Assembly (NCBI RefSeq): GCF_021028975.2
Contig: NC_059430.1
Location: forward strand, 95,480,001-95,544,000
Reading direction: 5' to 3'
DNA from: Sphaerodactylus townsendi
Lineage: Eukaryota
Length of the DNA stretch: 64,000 nucleotides
A program made the position numbers and the translations under genes. Every line of letters begins with the position of its first letter. Within the stretch, counting starts at the first letter, position 1. Shown here piece after piece: positions 41,624 through 53,949 of this stretch. The notes below the pieces were generated by a model. The model saw nothing but the letters and a program-made list of their open reading frames with translations, did not search any database and was not told the DNA's origin.

Positions 41624-41677
41624 CAGTAGACCTGCTGGAAGACGTCGCCGTAGCAGAAGTCCTTCTGATAATGATAG
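41624..41677 (+). CDS. SRSF10: SRSF10 54-nt coding exon with NAGNAG acceptor
   Basis: ttttag|CAGTAG...AG|gtaaag; NSRPAGRRRRSRSPSDND. Confidence 0.9.
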
Positions 41678-41804
41678 GTAAAGATTCTTTTATATAACCA
41701 GTTCAAAATTGGATTGGTGTGCCTAGGATAAGCCATTTTAATGTGAGATATGGAACTCCTAGCAACATGTCCATATTCAAATGTGTTCTTCCTCTTTCTG
41801 ATAG

Positions 41805-42102
41805 GTTCAGACACCGTAACCGATCTTTTTCAAGGTCAAAGTCCAATTCAAGATCGCAGTCTAAGTCACCACCCAAAAAAGAAATGAAGGCTAAATCACG
41901 TTCTAGGTCTGCATCTCGTACTAAATCTAGAGGCACTTCTAAAACGGATTCTAAGACACACTATAAGTCCAGCTCGAGATATGAAAAAGAAGCGAGGAAA
42001 AAAGAACCAGCTAGATCCAAATCTCACTCAAGATCTCATTCTAGATCTAGATCAAAATCCCGATCCCGATCATGGGCTAGTCCCAAATCCAGTGGCCACT
42101 AG
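41805..42102 (+). CDS. SRSF10: SRSF10 terminal coding exon (long isoform)
   Basis: atag|G...TAG; FRHRNRSFSRSKSNSRS...SWASPKSSGH*; the six exons total 789 nt = 262 aa + stop. Confidence 0.95.
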
Positions 42103-44483
42103 CAGTGTACCTTGTTTTTTAGGCATGTATCACCCAATTACACAGTTCAGTTATAATGTTGCAGCATTGCTTAAAATATCTTTGTCAGTTTTCCCTGTAG
42201 CAGGCAACTATAACAATTAAAACACAAATGGAGAATCTTATACAAGAGTCCACTTCGTTAAATGTCATGGGCAGCTACTGAAGTTGTTGTGGCGTCTATG
42301 TATATTTTTGTAATACACCTGCATTTTTATGGTTTAGATATTGATGGTACCTTCATCATGATCATAGCATTGTCCTAATAAGAATTTCATTCACAGATAA
42401 AATGTTCCAACTGTTCCATGAACATAACAGTTATTTAAATTGTCCAGTAGCTCCTGCTGAACAAGTGGAAAATTGGGCAGCAATAATGCAACACCAACAG
42501 CTGCAAATATAAACGGGTCTTTTCACATTCTAGATCAAAAGGGGAGGAGAGGGTTGCTATTCTCCGTGCTCACTTGTATCAAGATGGCTGGTTCCTGGAG
42601 CAAGTGGAAAGATAGCATTGAGTTGTAGGCCGTATAACAACATGGGCTAAGATCAGCCATGAGAAGTTATTGTGAGTCTTGTTGAGATTTTTGGTGTCCC
42701 TTATATTTGAACCCCTACAAGTGAAATAATTAGGTAAATGTGTTTACACTTATACAAAGTGTGGTACATCAAGTTTTAGTGAGCAATGCTCACCATTTTC
42801 TTAGGGCTTATTGCTATATAGATGCAAGTAAAACATCTGATTAGTATATACAGTATGTCAGAACTAAATTTTTATGCCAATGGCTTCATTAAGTAGTTTG
42901 TGTCCATCACTACCAACTTCCAGCCAGGCCTCTAATCCTAACTGGTAGCTTGAGTTTATACTTCAGAACCACCTTTGAGCAGCAGGTCTCAGTTTTGTAC
43001 CCTTTGCTTTTGATTTGTTGTTCTAAGCTGAAATTGAAAAAAATGCCATGTATTTTCTGGAGATGGCACAATGTTGTATTATGAACATCGAAAATCTACT
43101 GAAATGTAAAAAGTCAGCTTCTGACAGCCAAGGGTCCTCTGTTTCTATTAAATAGGATCAATGAACATTGATGAAAGAATCCTGTTTTCAAATCCAGCAG
43201 GACTTGTCTGAACATGAGCTGGGTTTTTTTTAAATAGTGGCTGTGCAACGTGTTTAAGGGGTGATTCTAGAACCTTTGTATATTTGATAGTATTTCTAAT
43301 TTTGGTTATTGTTCATGTTCTGCTATGCAATCATTTATATCTGCATTCCTTTAATTTTGTAGACTTCTCCCTGATGTATAGTTTGAAACAACACAGTGTA
43401 TTGTTAAAAACTGTAGCATTAGAGTGCAGCTCTGGTCAGAGGAAAGTTGTGGAAATAAACTTTGTATTTCCTTTCTTATAGAGGCTTCTTAAAAAGTATT
43501 TTTATATGTTCTTTCTAACAAATATTGTATATGACTTAAAACATCAGTGTTTTGATCAAGGTATAGACCCAGCTTATTCTCTGCTTGCTGTAAATCTAGC
43601 AAACATGTTGTAATAAAAAAGGAAATATTGCTCTAGTAGAATTATTGCAGTCTTAGAACTTTAATTTTGGCCTGGGAACATATACAAATTTGTAACTGAA
43701 GGGAATTCAAATTCAAATAGGAAAATAAGTTACGCTTTAAAATCTTGAATACTGACCTTAATTTTCATGTTCAGTATGGTTTGATAGAAAGGCTTGAACT
43801 TAATCAAGTTGTTCAACACTTGTTTGAACATTTTAGGAGTATGATTTCATTTTGTGCTAAGGGCAGGAACAGTTGTCAGATACCCACTACCTTCAAGTTG
43901 TATGTGTTCAAACTTACTAACCTATGCAAACATTAGTACCTTGCAGTATGGCTTCTAATAAATGAGAGCAAATGCCTCTGAGCTGCAATTAACTTTTGAA
44001 ATGTCCTAGGCTATATTGTGTGACTTCCAAAGATTCTGGCCTGTACAGTGTGGCAAGATATAACATTTAGCTATTTAAACACTTCTCTGTCTGCTGGGTG
44101 AACATGAGCTGTCCAATTTCAGCCTCTTGTACCTCACAAGGTTGGACGGCGGCAGCTAAGACCCAAGGGCACTTTGTCTGTTGGAAAGACGAAAGCTATA
44201 GCTACAGTAGCTCAAAAAGGATACAGATGCTGCTGCTACTAGTGAACTGGGGGAAGTATTGGTATAGCTGATCCTCCTAACATTAATAGTGGTGCTCTCA
44301 AGATATTGTTTGCTGAGGAGTAGGGATGTTTGAATGCTAAGAATTAGTTTTGTGGACATTTCTGCCTAGTTCAGCAGGCAAACTGGCTTAACAGTAAGTG
44401 CTCACCGGTGTCAGGATTTTATTAGCTGAGAGCTAGTTTGAAACCTCAGAAGAAAAAGGAACCTTGGAAACTTACCGTGAGGC

Positions 44484-47400
44484 TTCCTTCTGCTCTGAGA
44501 TAAGGAGGGCATCTTGAAACTTGGATGTTTTTCACTGGCTGCTCAGGGAGACATGACTAAAAGCTTTCCACTTCCTGTCTCCCAGGTGCAAAACTCTTGG
44601 CGCAGTTTAAACACTTCCCAAGCTAACTAATAGTACAGAAAGAAAAAATACTGAACAGTGAACAGTAACAAAAACAAGATAAACTGATGTAGTGAAACTG
44701 GTGTTAGAGCAACAGTAACCAAACCAAACTGAAGGAGATGAACCGAGTCTTCCCTTTCATAGTTTCCAATTGTTATTGCCATCGAATCTTATTTCTGCTA
44801 CGTGATGAAATTAATTCTTACTCTGAGGAGGAGGGGATCTTGAAAAGTGATGTCCCTCTGACTTTGGGTGGGAATTACACATCCTCCATTGTGTTGACTG
44901 AAGAAAAATTATTTTGTAGTGCCTCACAAAGGTCAGTATGAAAGATCAAGTCATTACCTTACATATCTCCTCAACTGAGGTTTTGTGGTCAAGGGCAGCA
45001 TTGGCTGCACTTCATACTGAACTGGCTGTGATGCCTGTGGGGACAGGGATGTTCCTGGCCTTATATGCCTTGGAAATGCGCTATTTCTTGGTGTAACATA
45101 CAACTGACTAGACATTTTTTCTCCTTTGTTTGGGCCTTGTTTGTATGAGAGCCCTTCTTGTATATTATGAGACCCCTTCTCAGATCTAGCATGTGCCAAG
45201 TTTTCTGGCTACAGACAGAAGAAAACGAGTTTGGATTTATATCCCACCTTTCTCTCCTGTAAGGAGACTCAAGACATCTTACAATCTCCTTTCCCCACAA
45301 CAGTCACCTTGTGAGGTAGGGGGGCTGAGAAAGTTTTGGAGAACTGCCTGGCCCAAGATCACCCAGCAGGCTTCAGGTCTAGGAGTGGGGTAACAAATCC
45401 AGTTTGCCAGATAAAGAGTTCACTTCTCATGTGGAGGAGTGGGGAATCAAACCTGGTTCTCTAGGTTAAAAGCCACCTGCGTTTAACCACTACACCTTGC
45501 TGGCTGTCAAAAGGACAGTAGGTGAATGTCTTGTTTTCAGTGAAGAGGTTTTTAAAGAGGCTGAATAGCCATCTGTCAAGAGTGCTTTGATTGTGTATTC
45601 CTGCATGGTAAGGGGTTGGACTTGATGGATCTTTTAGTCTCTCCCAGTTCTGATTCTGTGAGGAACCTATGGTGATCTGTGTAAATAGGGATGTGTAGGT
45701 ATGCCTTGATGAGATTGATGGAAGTCATAAAGTTTCCAGGAATGAAAGCTTTACTGAGTGTAGAGTCTTCATGAAAACTGTTTGTGGGTCACAAAACCAT
45801 TGACATATTTCAGATCCAGAATGGCTCACAGTCCCTTTTTCGCTTGGGTACTATGAAGAAAATGTAATAGACACTTGTTGAGAGATCAGGGAAAAATAAG
45901 GAACTGGTTTGGGAGGAGACTGGTGAACTCTAGCATAATTAAATTATTTGTTTCACTCAATGGCCCTGTTGTGACTGTTCCCATTGAACTTGGAAATGTA
46001 GTCTTCCTGGCCTGGCATTACTTGTTTTCCTTGCTTGAGAGACTGATTGATCATGTTGGATTGGTAGGATTGGAATTGTGAGGCCCTGTTGAACCACAAA
46101 CTTCTACAAATGGAGCTTTTGCTCTTTTCCCACTGGGTCTTCCTACAGTCAAGACTGGACCATCGCAGTGTGAGACAGAAATAAAAGGAGGTTGGGGAGA
46201 AATGACTCCTATCATCTTTTTGTAAACTTTTTGGCATGGCCTTCTTGTCTCTAGTCTTCACCAATATTTTGTCTAGTGTATTTCCAAAAAGTCTGCCATC
46301 CTAAAAAGGCCATCACTATTGGAATGAAGGGTATGTTTGCCTGCCTGAAGTCACAGGGTGTGTCTGGTGGTAGCTGCTGGTACCACAGAATGAGCTGTGA
46401 AGGTCATGGTGTCTAGAAACACATCAAAGAAGGAAACAGCCGTAGAGATGCGATTTGTTCCTTCAGTAGCTTTTCTATTATTGCTAGATGTGAGCTCACC
46501 TAATTTTCCGGCCCAGACAACAGAAGCCTTCAAGATACGGGCAGCAGTAACCGGTGCCTTATAGCTAGAGCAAACACTTCTTAGGATTTGCCTTTTCTGT
46601 CTAATGCATCCTTTATGGACCTTATGTCTCCTAAAAGGAAGTCTGTAAATTGCAAGGTTGCAATGGGGACATCCACTAGTGGTACCTGCAACATTTCTAT
46701 AGTGTGTGGGGCTAGGGAATATAGATTTTAATAGTATTGGAAAACAGTTCTTCATGGGTTCCCCCCGCCCCTTTCTGCCTTTGCCAATGGGCCTTTCAAA
46801 GTATCTGGGGAAGGCATTTTGGCCTAAATCTGGCCCCTTTCAGCAACTTGTCAGAGAGGTTCACTGCCATAACAGCCTTAAAGAGACTGATAATCTTCCC
46901 TTTAAATAACCTAGTGGGCAGCCTTCTGTGGCTGATCCATCCTCTGAGAATTTGCCTTCTGTCATTATCTGATAGGGAAGATCGAGTATCTGATAAGGAA
47001 GCCTTTTTGGTTGCCTTGGTGGGCTACTGTTGGAATTTCTCCCCCATGGTGTTTGGCTCAACTTTCTCAGACCTAAACAAGCCAACAAGAGTGGGAGGGG
47101 GGAGTGCTGTGGTTCTCTGCATAAAGCTGGGGTGGGGATAGGAGTCACAGGATTGCTTCCCCAATTTACCTGGAGCAGGATGGCTGAACTCCCACAACCT
47201 CAAATGAGAGGGTGTATTAATACATTTACCCCTTAGACCTTCAGTTCCTTCTGCTGATTAAGGCGCTCAGGGTAAGATCAGCCACTATAGCTGCAGGCTG
47301 AACTGGCAGCCATTAGGGCTAGTTCCTACTGAGCCCTTTGGGGGAGGGCGGTATAAAAGTGGAACAAATAAATAAATAAATAAATAAAAATACTGTAAGA

Positions 47401-47670
47401 CCCTTTTGCAAGCTTCATCTGTGGCACATTAAGCCACTTTATTTTGCACCTGGGACTTTTTAGTTCTTTGTCCAGGTCTCTCTGGGTCGTCTGGTCATCT
47501 TGCAACAGAGACAATAGCAGCTGTGGGTCTACATCCTCTTCAGAGAGGAATTTCTCCATGCTCACCTATCCTGCCTGAGAGACAGGAAGTGGAAAGTTTT
47601 TAGTCTTGCCTCCCTGAGCAGCAAGTGGGAAGCTCCCAAGTTACCCTCCCTCCTCAGAGCAAGAATGACA
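44484..47670 (-). mobile_element. Degenerate, internally deleted DIRS retrotransposon with inverted terminal repeats
   Basis: About 100-bp inverted repeats 44484-44586 / 47574-47670; gag-like FLDTMTFTAHSVVPAATTRH and LVKTRDKKAMP; RT motif FMTSINLIKAYLHIPIYTDHHRFL near 45660-45740. Confidence 0.75.
45218..45505 (-). mobile_element. Squam3-like SINE nested in the DIRS remnant
   Basis: Full-length reverse-complement copy. Confidence 0.78.
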
Positions 47671-50251
47671 TGTTTACATGTAAAGACTCTGCAAAACGTT
47701 TAAGTCAGTAAAGTAAAGACTCTTTAGTGTAAAGACTCTGCAAAACGTTTAAGTCAGAATTCACGGCAGTTGCCAAAACAAGCTTTCTTGTAGCACTAAA
47801 GCAGTATTAACTTTTCTTGGTCCTTTCTTGGGAGGAGCCCTGCTTTATCCTTGCCTAAGCCGATTTCTCTGTAGCTCAGCTGTGTTGACAATAGCCACAT
47901 CAACAGAAGTTGTTACACTGTGTTGGCCAAAGTACATACTTTCCCTATGGAAACACAATCAGTGCTGCATTTTGTAGGATCTGGGAAGGCAAATAGCCAT
48001 GTAGAAAATAGGGCTTGCTGGAGGGAAAAAGAATAGAATCAGCAGAAGAATAGAATGCAGCCAATTATGTGAAATTGCTGAGGTCCAGTTGTTGTTTTAT
48101 AATTATGAAATCCTCATAGATATTCCACACTGTGTCTAAGCAATCAGAATTATGACCAAGGCTGACAGTTAGTAGAAGCTGTAAAAATAATGACAACAAA
48201 TTATGGGGGGAAAGGGGTTAGGGATTTTTATTGAATTTTGTTTCCAATTCATATTCAAGTAATGCATTTAAATACAGAATTTAGAACACATTAAAATTAT
48301 ATTGGGCTACAGTAAGTACCTTGGATTGATCTGGGATGCAAGACGTAATACATTTTGGTACAGTATCCAATTTTAATGTTAGTTGGGGAAGTGGTTTAAG
48401 TTTTGATTGTTGCTAAAAGATTTTGAATGTATACATTGGTATATAGCCAAGTATCTCTGGCACTATATTTTCCTTGTTTGACTTTTGACAATTATAATAT
48501 CACAACTAGACATTTGCTACGAAAGATGTTTTGATTTTGCAAGTATTGCCAATATCAAATCTGAGATTCCATTAAAAATCTAACTATTAGAAATGTTGGT
48601 TGCCAGAAAATTTCAGAAGCAAAACCAATTGGAGAATTTTTTCTACAGTTCTGCTGTGAAGCAGCTCTTTGGACAAGTGTTGTAATGTAGTAAGAATTTA
48701 AAGTGCCAAGTTCAAACATAGTTCCAGGCTAAACATTGTAAAGCAGGAATCTCAAATGGAATTATGCCTCGCAGATGGGCTTCTGGCAGGCCTGCATGTT
48801 AAAGGAGAATCGTCTTAGAAGAAACTTTGAAATATCCAATACTGTAATGGTTTGTCTTGGCTAGTCACTTAATACATTCAAAATGGAAGCAACACTGGGC
48901 GCAATCCAACACAGTTCTATACTTCAGTCCCAATGAATTCATACAGGCTGCAGGATTGCATCTTAAAGCACACTTTACTTGTCCTATTAAATTAACAAGA
49001 ATTGCTTCAAGTGTTCCTAGGAGCACAGCCTTGAGATGCAATTCAGCTTCATTAAATAAATGTGCTATTGCAAATAATGAAAACTGAACTGCACTCAGTT
49101 TTCAAAGTTTTTGTTTTACCTTCTGACTCATGAGCTTTTTGCACCATGTTCACTTTAAAAGCTCAACTTACAAAGCCAAACATGGGTCATACCCTCACAG
49201 TTACTCAAGTGCAAGGGCACAGACATATGTGCTTGTTTTTTTAAACTTTTTTTTTAAAAAAATCATGCCATGAGCTTAGCATGGTCTTTTTTTTTACATT
49301 CAGCAGTTTTGTACTAAAAATACTTTTATTCTGGCAGGAAAGCCCAGCATAAATGTACATATGCTACAAAGTTTTACAGTTATTTACATGGCTCTTTCTT
49401 CCATATGTAAAAGATGTTTTTACACTTGCAAACCTCATTTAAACAAGTTCATCTAATTTCAGACTGGCCTTAACAGTTCTATTTTAAGAAGAGATATAAA
49501 ACACACAAAATGTATTTCAAATACAGCTCAGTGAAATTGAAGGAGAACACTGAAAAGCATTTGGCAGTCATCTGGCAATGCAAAAATGCTTTTGAGTTGG
49601 CACACTTATAGGCTGGTTGTGTTCCCCTAGGCTTGTACAAGAAGTTCGAGATCAAATGCAGGCTCATGTTTTCTGTTCTTACAACATTCATTTTCCAACT
49701 TAAATGTTCAGCTTTTGGTTACAGGGCTTTGATGGTTTGCCTGCCTAAATCTCCTTCTCAATGACAGATCAGCCATATGTAATGCACAAAATGGAAAAAT
49801 ACATGATCTTACATAGTTTTCTAAAACAATTTTTGATTTTTTTAAAATTTGGAGTGTCAGAAAGTTACCATTTTTTTTTACTCCAACACCTACAACATGT
49901 CATAAAGGTAGGCAAATCATTTTTGCAATTATTTTGTAGCATAAATTTAGTCAACTGGAGTTAATTTTACATTACGTGAAAAGGTCACAGTGCCTAATGA
50001 GAACACAAAAGCTAGATGGTCTTAAAAGCAAGCGCTGACACCTGTGGTGAGGAACTGGTACAGGCTGCCTATCAGTTTTAACACAACAGAGAAATAGATA
50101 CAGTGCACAGAGCACCAGAAGAGTGACATGTGGACAATTCTCACAGAGCGAATCAGAATTCCAGGTGTGTGTGGGGTTGAACTTTGAAACCCCAGCACTG
50201 CAGACTTCAAAACTGTAAAATGTGGGTTTTTTTTTTTTCAAAGATTACACT

Positions 50252-50665
50252 TTATGCCTGAACTTTAAGCAAAGTCTTCAACTGAAAAGTCATGATATCT
50301 TTATCAGCAGGGTTGAGTGAAACAGTGACCCAGTGACTCGGTGGCTTAGGAAGTACACTTGGAGAAGGAGGCTCACTGAATTTTGCTCCAGCATAATTTT
50401 GGTTGGCTTGAGGCATGAAGAGTGCTGTGGATAATGCTGGATTCCAATTCTGACTAGTTGGAAAATGCATTGTGTTCTTTCCCCCAGTCTGCATGGCTTG
50501 CCACGCTGCAGATGGTGGATTACATCCATGTACCCTTTCTTTTTTGTGGATTTTCTTCATCTGTGAATTCTGATCTTTGTTCTTTTTCCTGTTTAGCTGC
50601 TGGTGGGTCTTATTAGAATTTCGGGGCTGGGTAGATGGACTGTTAAACCTTTCTCCACCCCCCAT
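50252..50665 (-). CDS. PNRC2: Proline-rich nuclear receptor coactivator 2 (single coding exon, 137 aa)
   Basis: MGGGERFNSPST...YAGAKFSEPPSPSVLPKPPSHWV...MTFQLKTLLKVQA*; PNRC motif; acceptor AG 18 nt upstream of the ATG (exon starts 50683); the ORF-track GTG extension is 5' UTR. Confidence 0.96.
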   Translation of the reverse strand: MGGGERFNSPSTQPRNSNKTHQQLNRKKNKDQNSQMKKIHKKERVHGCNPPSAAWQAMQTGGKNTMHFPTSQNWNPALSTALFMPQANQNYAGAKFSEPPSPSVLPKPPSHWVTVSLNPADKDIMTFQLKTLLKVQA

Positions 50666-50679
50666 TTTCAACTTAAGTG

Positions 50680-51670
50680 TCACCTATTGAGGAAAGAAAA
50701 ATAGAGGAAAGAGAACAAGCACAAATGTCAACAGAAATCTGAAGTATTTTCTTGAAAATACATGCACAGAACACAAAATACATTTTTTTCTGCAAAGGGA
50801 ATGCCAAACTTTAGTATTGCTAAAGGCTAAGTTAAATGTTACAAGGGTTTCCCAGACAATTTAAAAAGTGGAGGGAGGGGGTGCTCAGTGCCACGATGAA
50901 GGAAGGACTTGACAGGAATTATCCCTAAATTGCTATTCTGTCCAGGAGGGATGAAAGACAAATATCTCAAACTTTCACAAACTAATCTGGCTACCAAAGA
51001 AAAGCCACTAGAACTTTGTTCTCAAATACAACCAAAGTTCACAAGCCAGTCCACTTATTACACCCGAAAACATTGTCATTTGAAAAGTTACTTAAGTTCA
51101 TAACGGTAACAAACGGTAAGTTCATAAAGTTCATAACGGTAACAAAACATAGATTTATAAAACAGATTGGCACACATATGAGATTTGGGTATTTACACAT
51201 TAAAACCTTAACGTGTGATACAGAATGTTCTTGCCAAATATTCTACAAGCAACACCCCAACGGAATAATAGGCAGATATAACATCTAAATGTTGAGTAAT
51301 TAAACATCGTTACTACAATACTACCTCAATTTTCATTGCTTCCTACAAAATATAAGGCTATAATGCGTTTTTACATGTGAGCTCCAACTCTTCACCAAGG
51401 ATGCAGGAAGCCATGACAAATGGTCTTTCTTAACAGACCAGTTCTGAGCAGAGAAGATTTCAAAATACCCTTCAGGTTGCATTACAGTTATTGCCCTGTT
51501 TACCTTTCAGTTTTCTTCTCAAAGTCCACAGTCTCCACCTCCTGCCCTCTTTCTTGCTGCCACACCTGAAAGAATAGATGCTGATTCCTGTTGGATCCCT
51601 TCCTTTGCCTGGAAATGGTAGTTCTCATGGGCCGATCTGCTGTTTTCAGCCACGAAGCCGAGCCCAACAT
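50680..51670 (-). CDS. Spliced 56-aa upstream ORF/microprotein in the PNRC2 leader, join(51670..51504,50683..50680)
   Basis: MLGSASWLKTADRPMRTTISRQRKGSNRNQHLFFQVWQQERGQEVETVDFEKKTER*; last codon AG|G is split by the intron and followed by TGA 14 nt before the PNRC2 ATG. Confidence 0.65.
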
Positions 51671-51712
51671 CGGATTCTTGGCACGCGGGCTTCAAGGGTA
51701 GAAGTCCCAGCT
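51504..51712 (-). other. PNRC2: PNRC2 5' leader exon 2
   Basis: Minus strand tgtctttttag|AGCTGG...GAAAG|gtaaac; 209 nt; internal alternative acceptor ttctttcag| at 51565. Confidence 0.75.
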
Positions 51713-53949
51713 CTAAAAAGACAAAGTATGAATAAGTATCAAATAAAGTTCCTTGCCAGAAAGTAGTAGTTTTGGGGATGATACGTAAATAACAGCCCAA
51801 CTGACCAATCCTAGGCCCAGCCACATAGTTACCAACCAGATTCTACTTGGAAGGCTTTAAAGGACCTCAAGGTTGATGAGTTCTAACTACTAGCCTCTAA
51901 ACATAAAGATGTGCTTTGTCCATCTTTACTTTAAAAAAAAGTGGATACCTTAATTTTGTATTCTAATATGAGTACACTACTGGCTACATTAACATTTAAA
52001 AGTCAGTTTGCAGTAAACTATTATTTCTTGTCTCTTCTACTGTGTATTTTCAATTCCAGGGCAGCAATAATGGTCTACTAGAATCTACAGTACTTAAAGA
52101 CAAAAAGCGAGTTGTAGTATAAGCTTCTGTGAGTTGGAACATATTAAAGTATTTTGTGTATTAGTTTAAAAAGAAAAAACCCAGCAAAACAGAATGATCA
52201 ATTACAGGGCTGCCTATAGGAAACAACTCATTTAAAATACTTCTGTACATCAAACTTTTCATTGTTTGTAGTTTACATTTTAAACATATTGCTCAGATTT
52301 TACAAAATTAAAACAGTTTATTTTAGTGAAATCCAGTAGTGAGCAAGCCCACATAGATTTTTTACATATTCATATCAAGTTACTAGTCTGAACTATTGAC
52401 TCAATTGTAGAAAATTTAAATCACTCATTTAATTCTCAAAAAACTAACAAGTATTCGAAACCCCTCCCCCAGTACTTCAGATACTGTAAGAAAGCTCTTC
52501 CACATTGGTTTTTTGTTGTTGTTCAGTCAGGTCTGACTTATGAGGGTCCCTGGTGGGGTTCCAAGGCAAGAGATGCTCAGATATGGTTTGCCACTGCCTG
52601 TCTTCCACTGCCTATCAGGTCTTAGAGGTCTCCCATCCAAATTCTCATCAGGATCAATCCTACAAAGCATCTGAGATCTGACAAGATCAGGCTAGACTAG
52701 ATTATTCAGGTCAGAGTGCGTTTCTTTTACTGAACACAAATAGTTATTTGACGCTTACAATAAACACCCCCCCCCCCCCATGCACAAGGTTCTCACTGCA
52801 TGTAGCATCTAAGTCTCACTTTGAACGAAGTACATGGCAGTAACCCACTTCCAAAAGAGCAGGTCTCTTTGCCCCAGCAAGTCCAATCCTGTCCAGTGAG
52901 GCACATCTTGGCCATTGATTTCAATGCTAGTCTGCTCTGCATAGGACCACTTTTCTTTCCAGACCACAATAACAAATAAAAGAAATTATCTCCCCCACGT
53001 ACAATATCTCCTTGATACAAGGCTCGTACCATGGTCTCTCCTGAGCATAATGGTTCCACCTCCTTTTCTCCACAAGACACAAGACAAACACCCCATTTTA
53101 CACATATTTTTCACAATTTGCTGCAAAGGATGAGGTCACATTCACACTAACCGCTAGGGGCAAAACAGCTTTGATTACATACACCAAACAACTCTCTTTC
53201 TCTGGACATTCGTTTTCTTCCCCAGCTCCCGCAGGGAAACATCACTCCTGGATTCAAATACGGTTGCAAACTACGACTCGAGCAATTCTTGCAGATATGG
53301 GGGGGGGGCGTTTTGGGCGGGTGTTCAACGGGGGTGTAAATGCACAGAACCTCCCTTCCAAAACTGCCTTTTCCTCCAGGGGGCGCATCTTTGTAGTAGA
53401 TCTTGACCTGCTGTGATCACAGAACACCAGACCCCACATGGAGGCTGGCAAGCCTAACAGGATACTTGACCCGCTGCTTACATCCCCGATCCTTTAATGT
53501 CGTTGACACACAAAACCTCAACCCTCAAAGCACGTCACAAACATACCTACCCCCAGGAAAAATGCAGTCATCCTTACCCAATTTTTTTTTTAAAAAATCT
53601 CGATTACCAAACAGTTCCACAGCCGTGGCAATCTTGCCTCAATTTTATTGGGGAGGGGAGGGGAGATTCCTTCGGGCAAGCAGTCTATCTTACAGCTTTT
53701 ATTTTGTCGCCAAGGGCGGCCGGAAGTCCTTCTGACACCCGCCCCTTCCCTTCAGCGTCCCCCCAAACAAATACCTTCCAATTCCACACCCCTTATCAGA
53801 CGACCCTTCGTTTATTAGTTGTTATGCAGGCCAGCCCCTTTCAAGCACGTAGCAGAAGCAACACCCCCCCGCCCTTTCTTGCTAGACTTTTTCACTGTCT
53901 TCCGCTGTCTTGGGGGGGGGGGGGTATACATGATCGGGTAACCTCTCCC

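Noticed and set aside
51096-51145. Short direct repeats suggestive of an array
   Set aside because: Simple local tandem duplication in PNRC2 intron 2; eukaryotic DNA with no spacer structure, not CRISPR
51519-51824. 101-aa ORF-track ORF over PNRC2 leader exon 2
   Set aside because: Starts at a non-ATG codon in the intron and has no ATG in the exon in this frame; the ATG-initiated 56-aa frame is better supported
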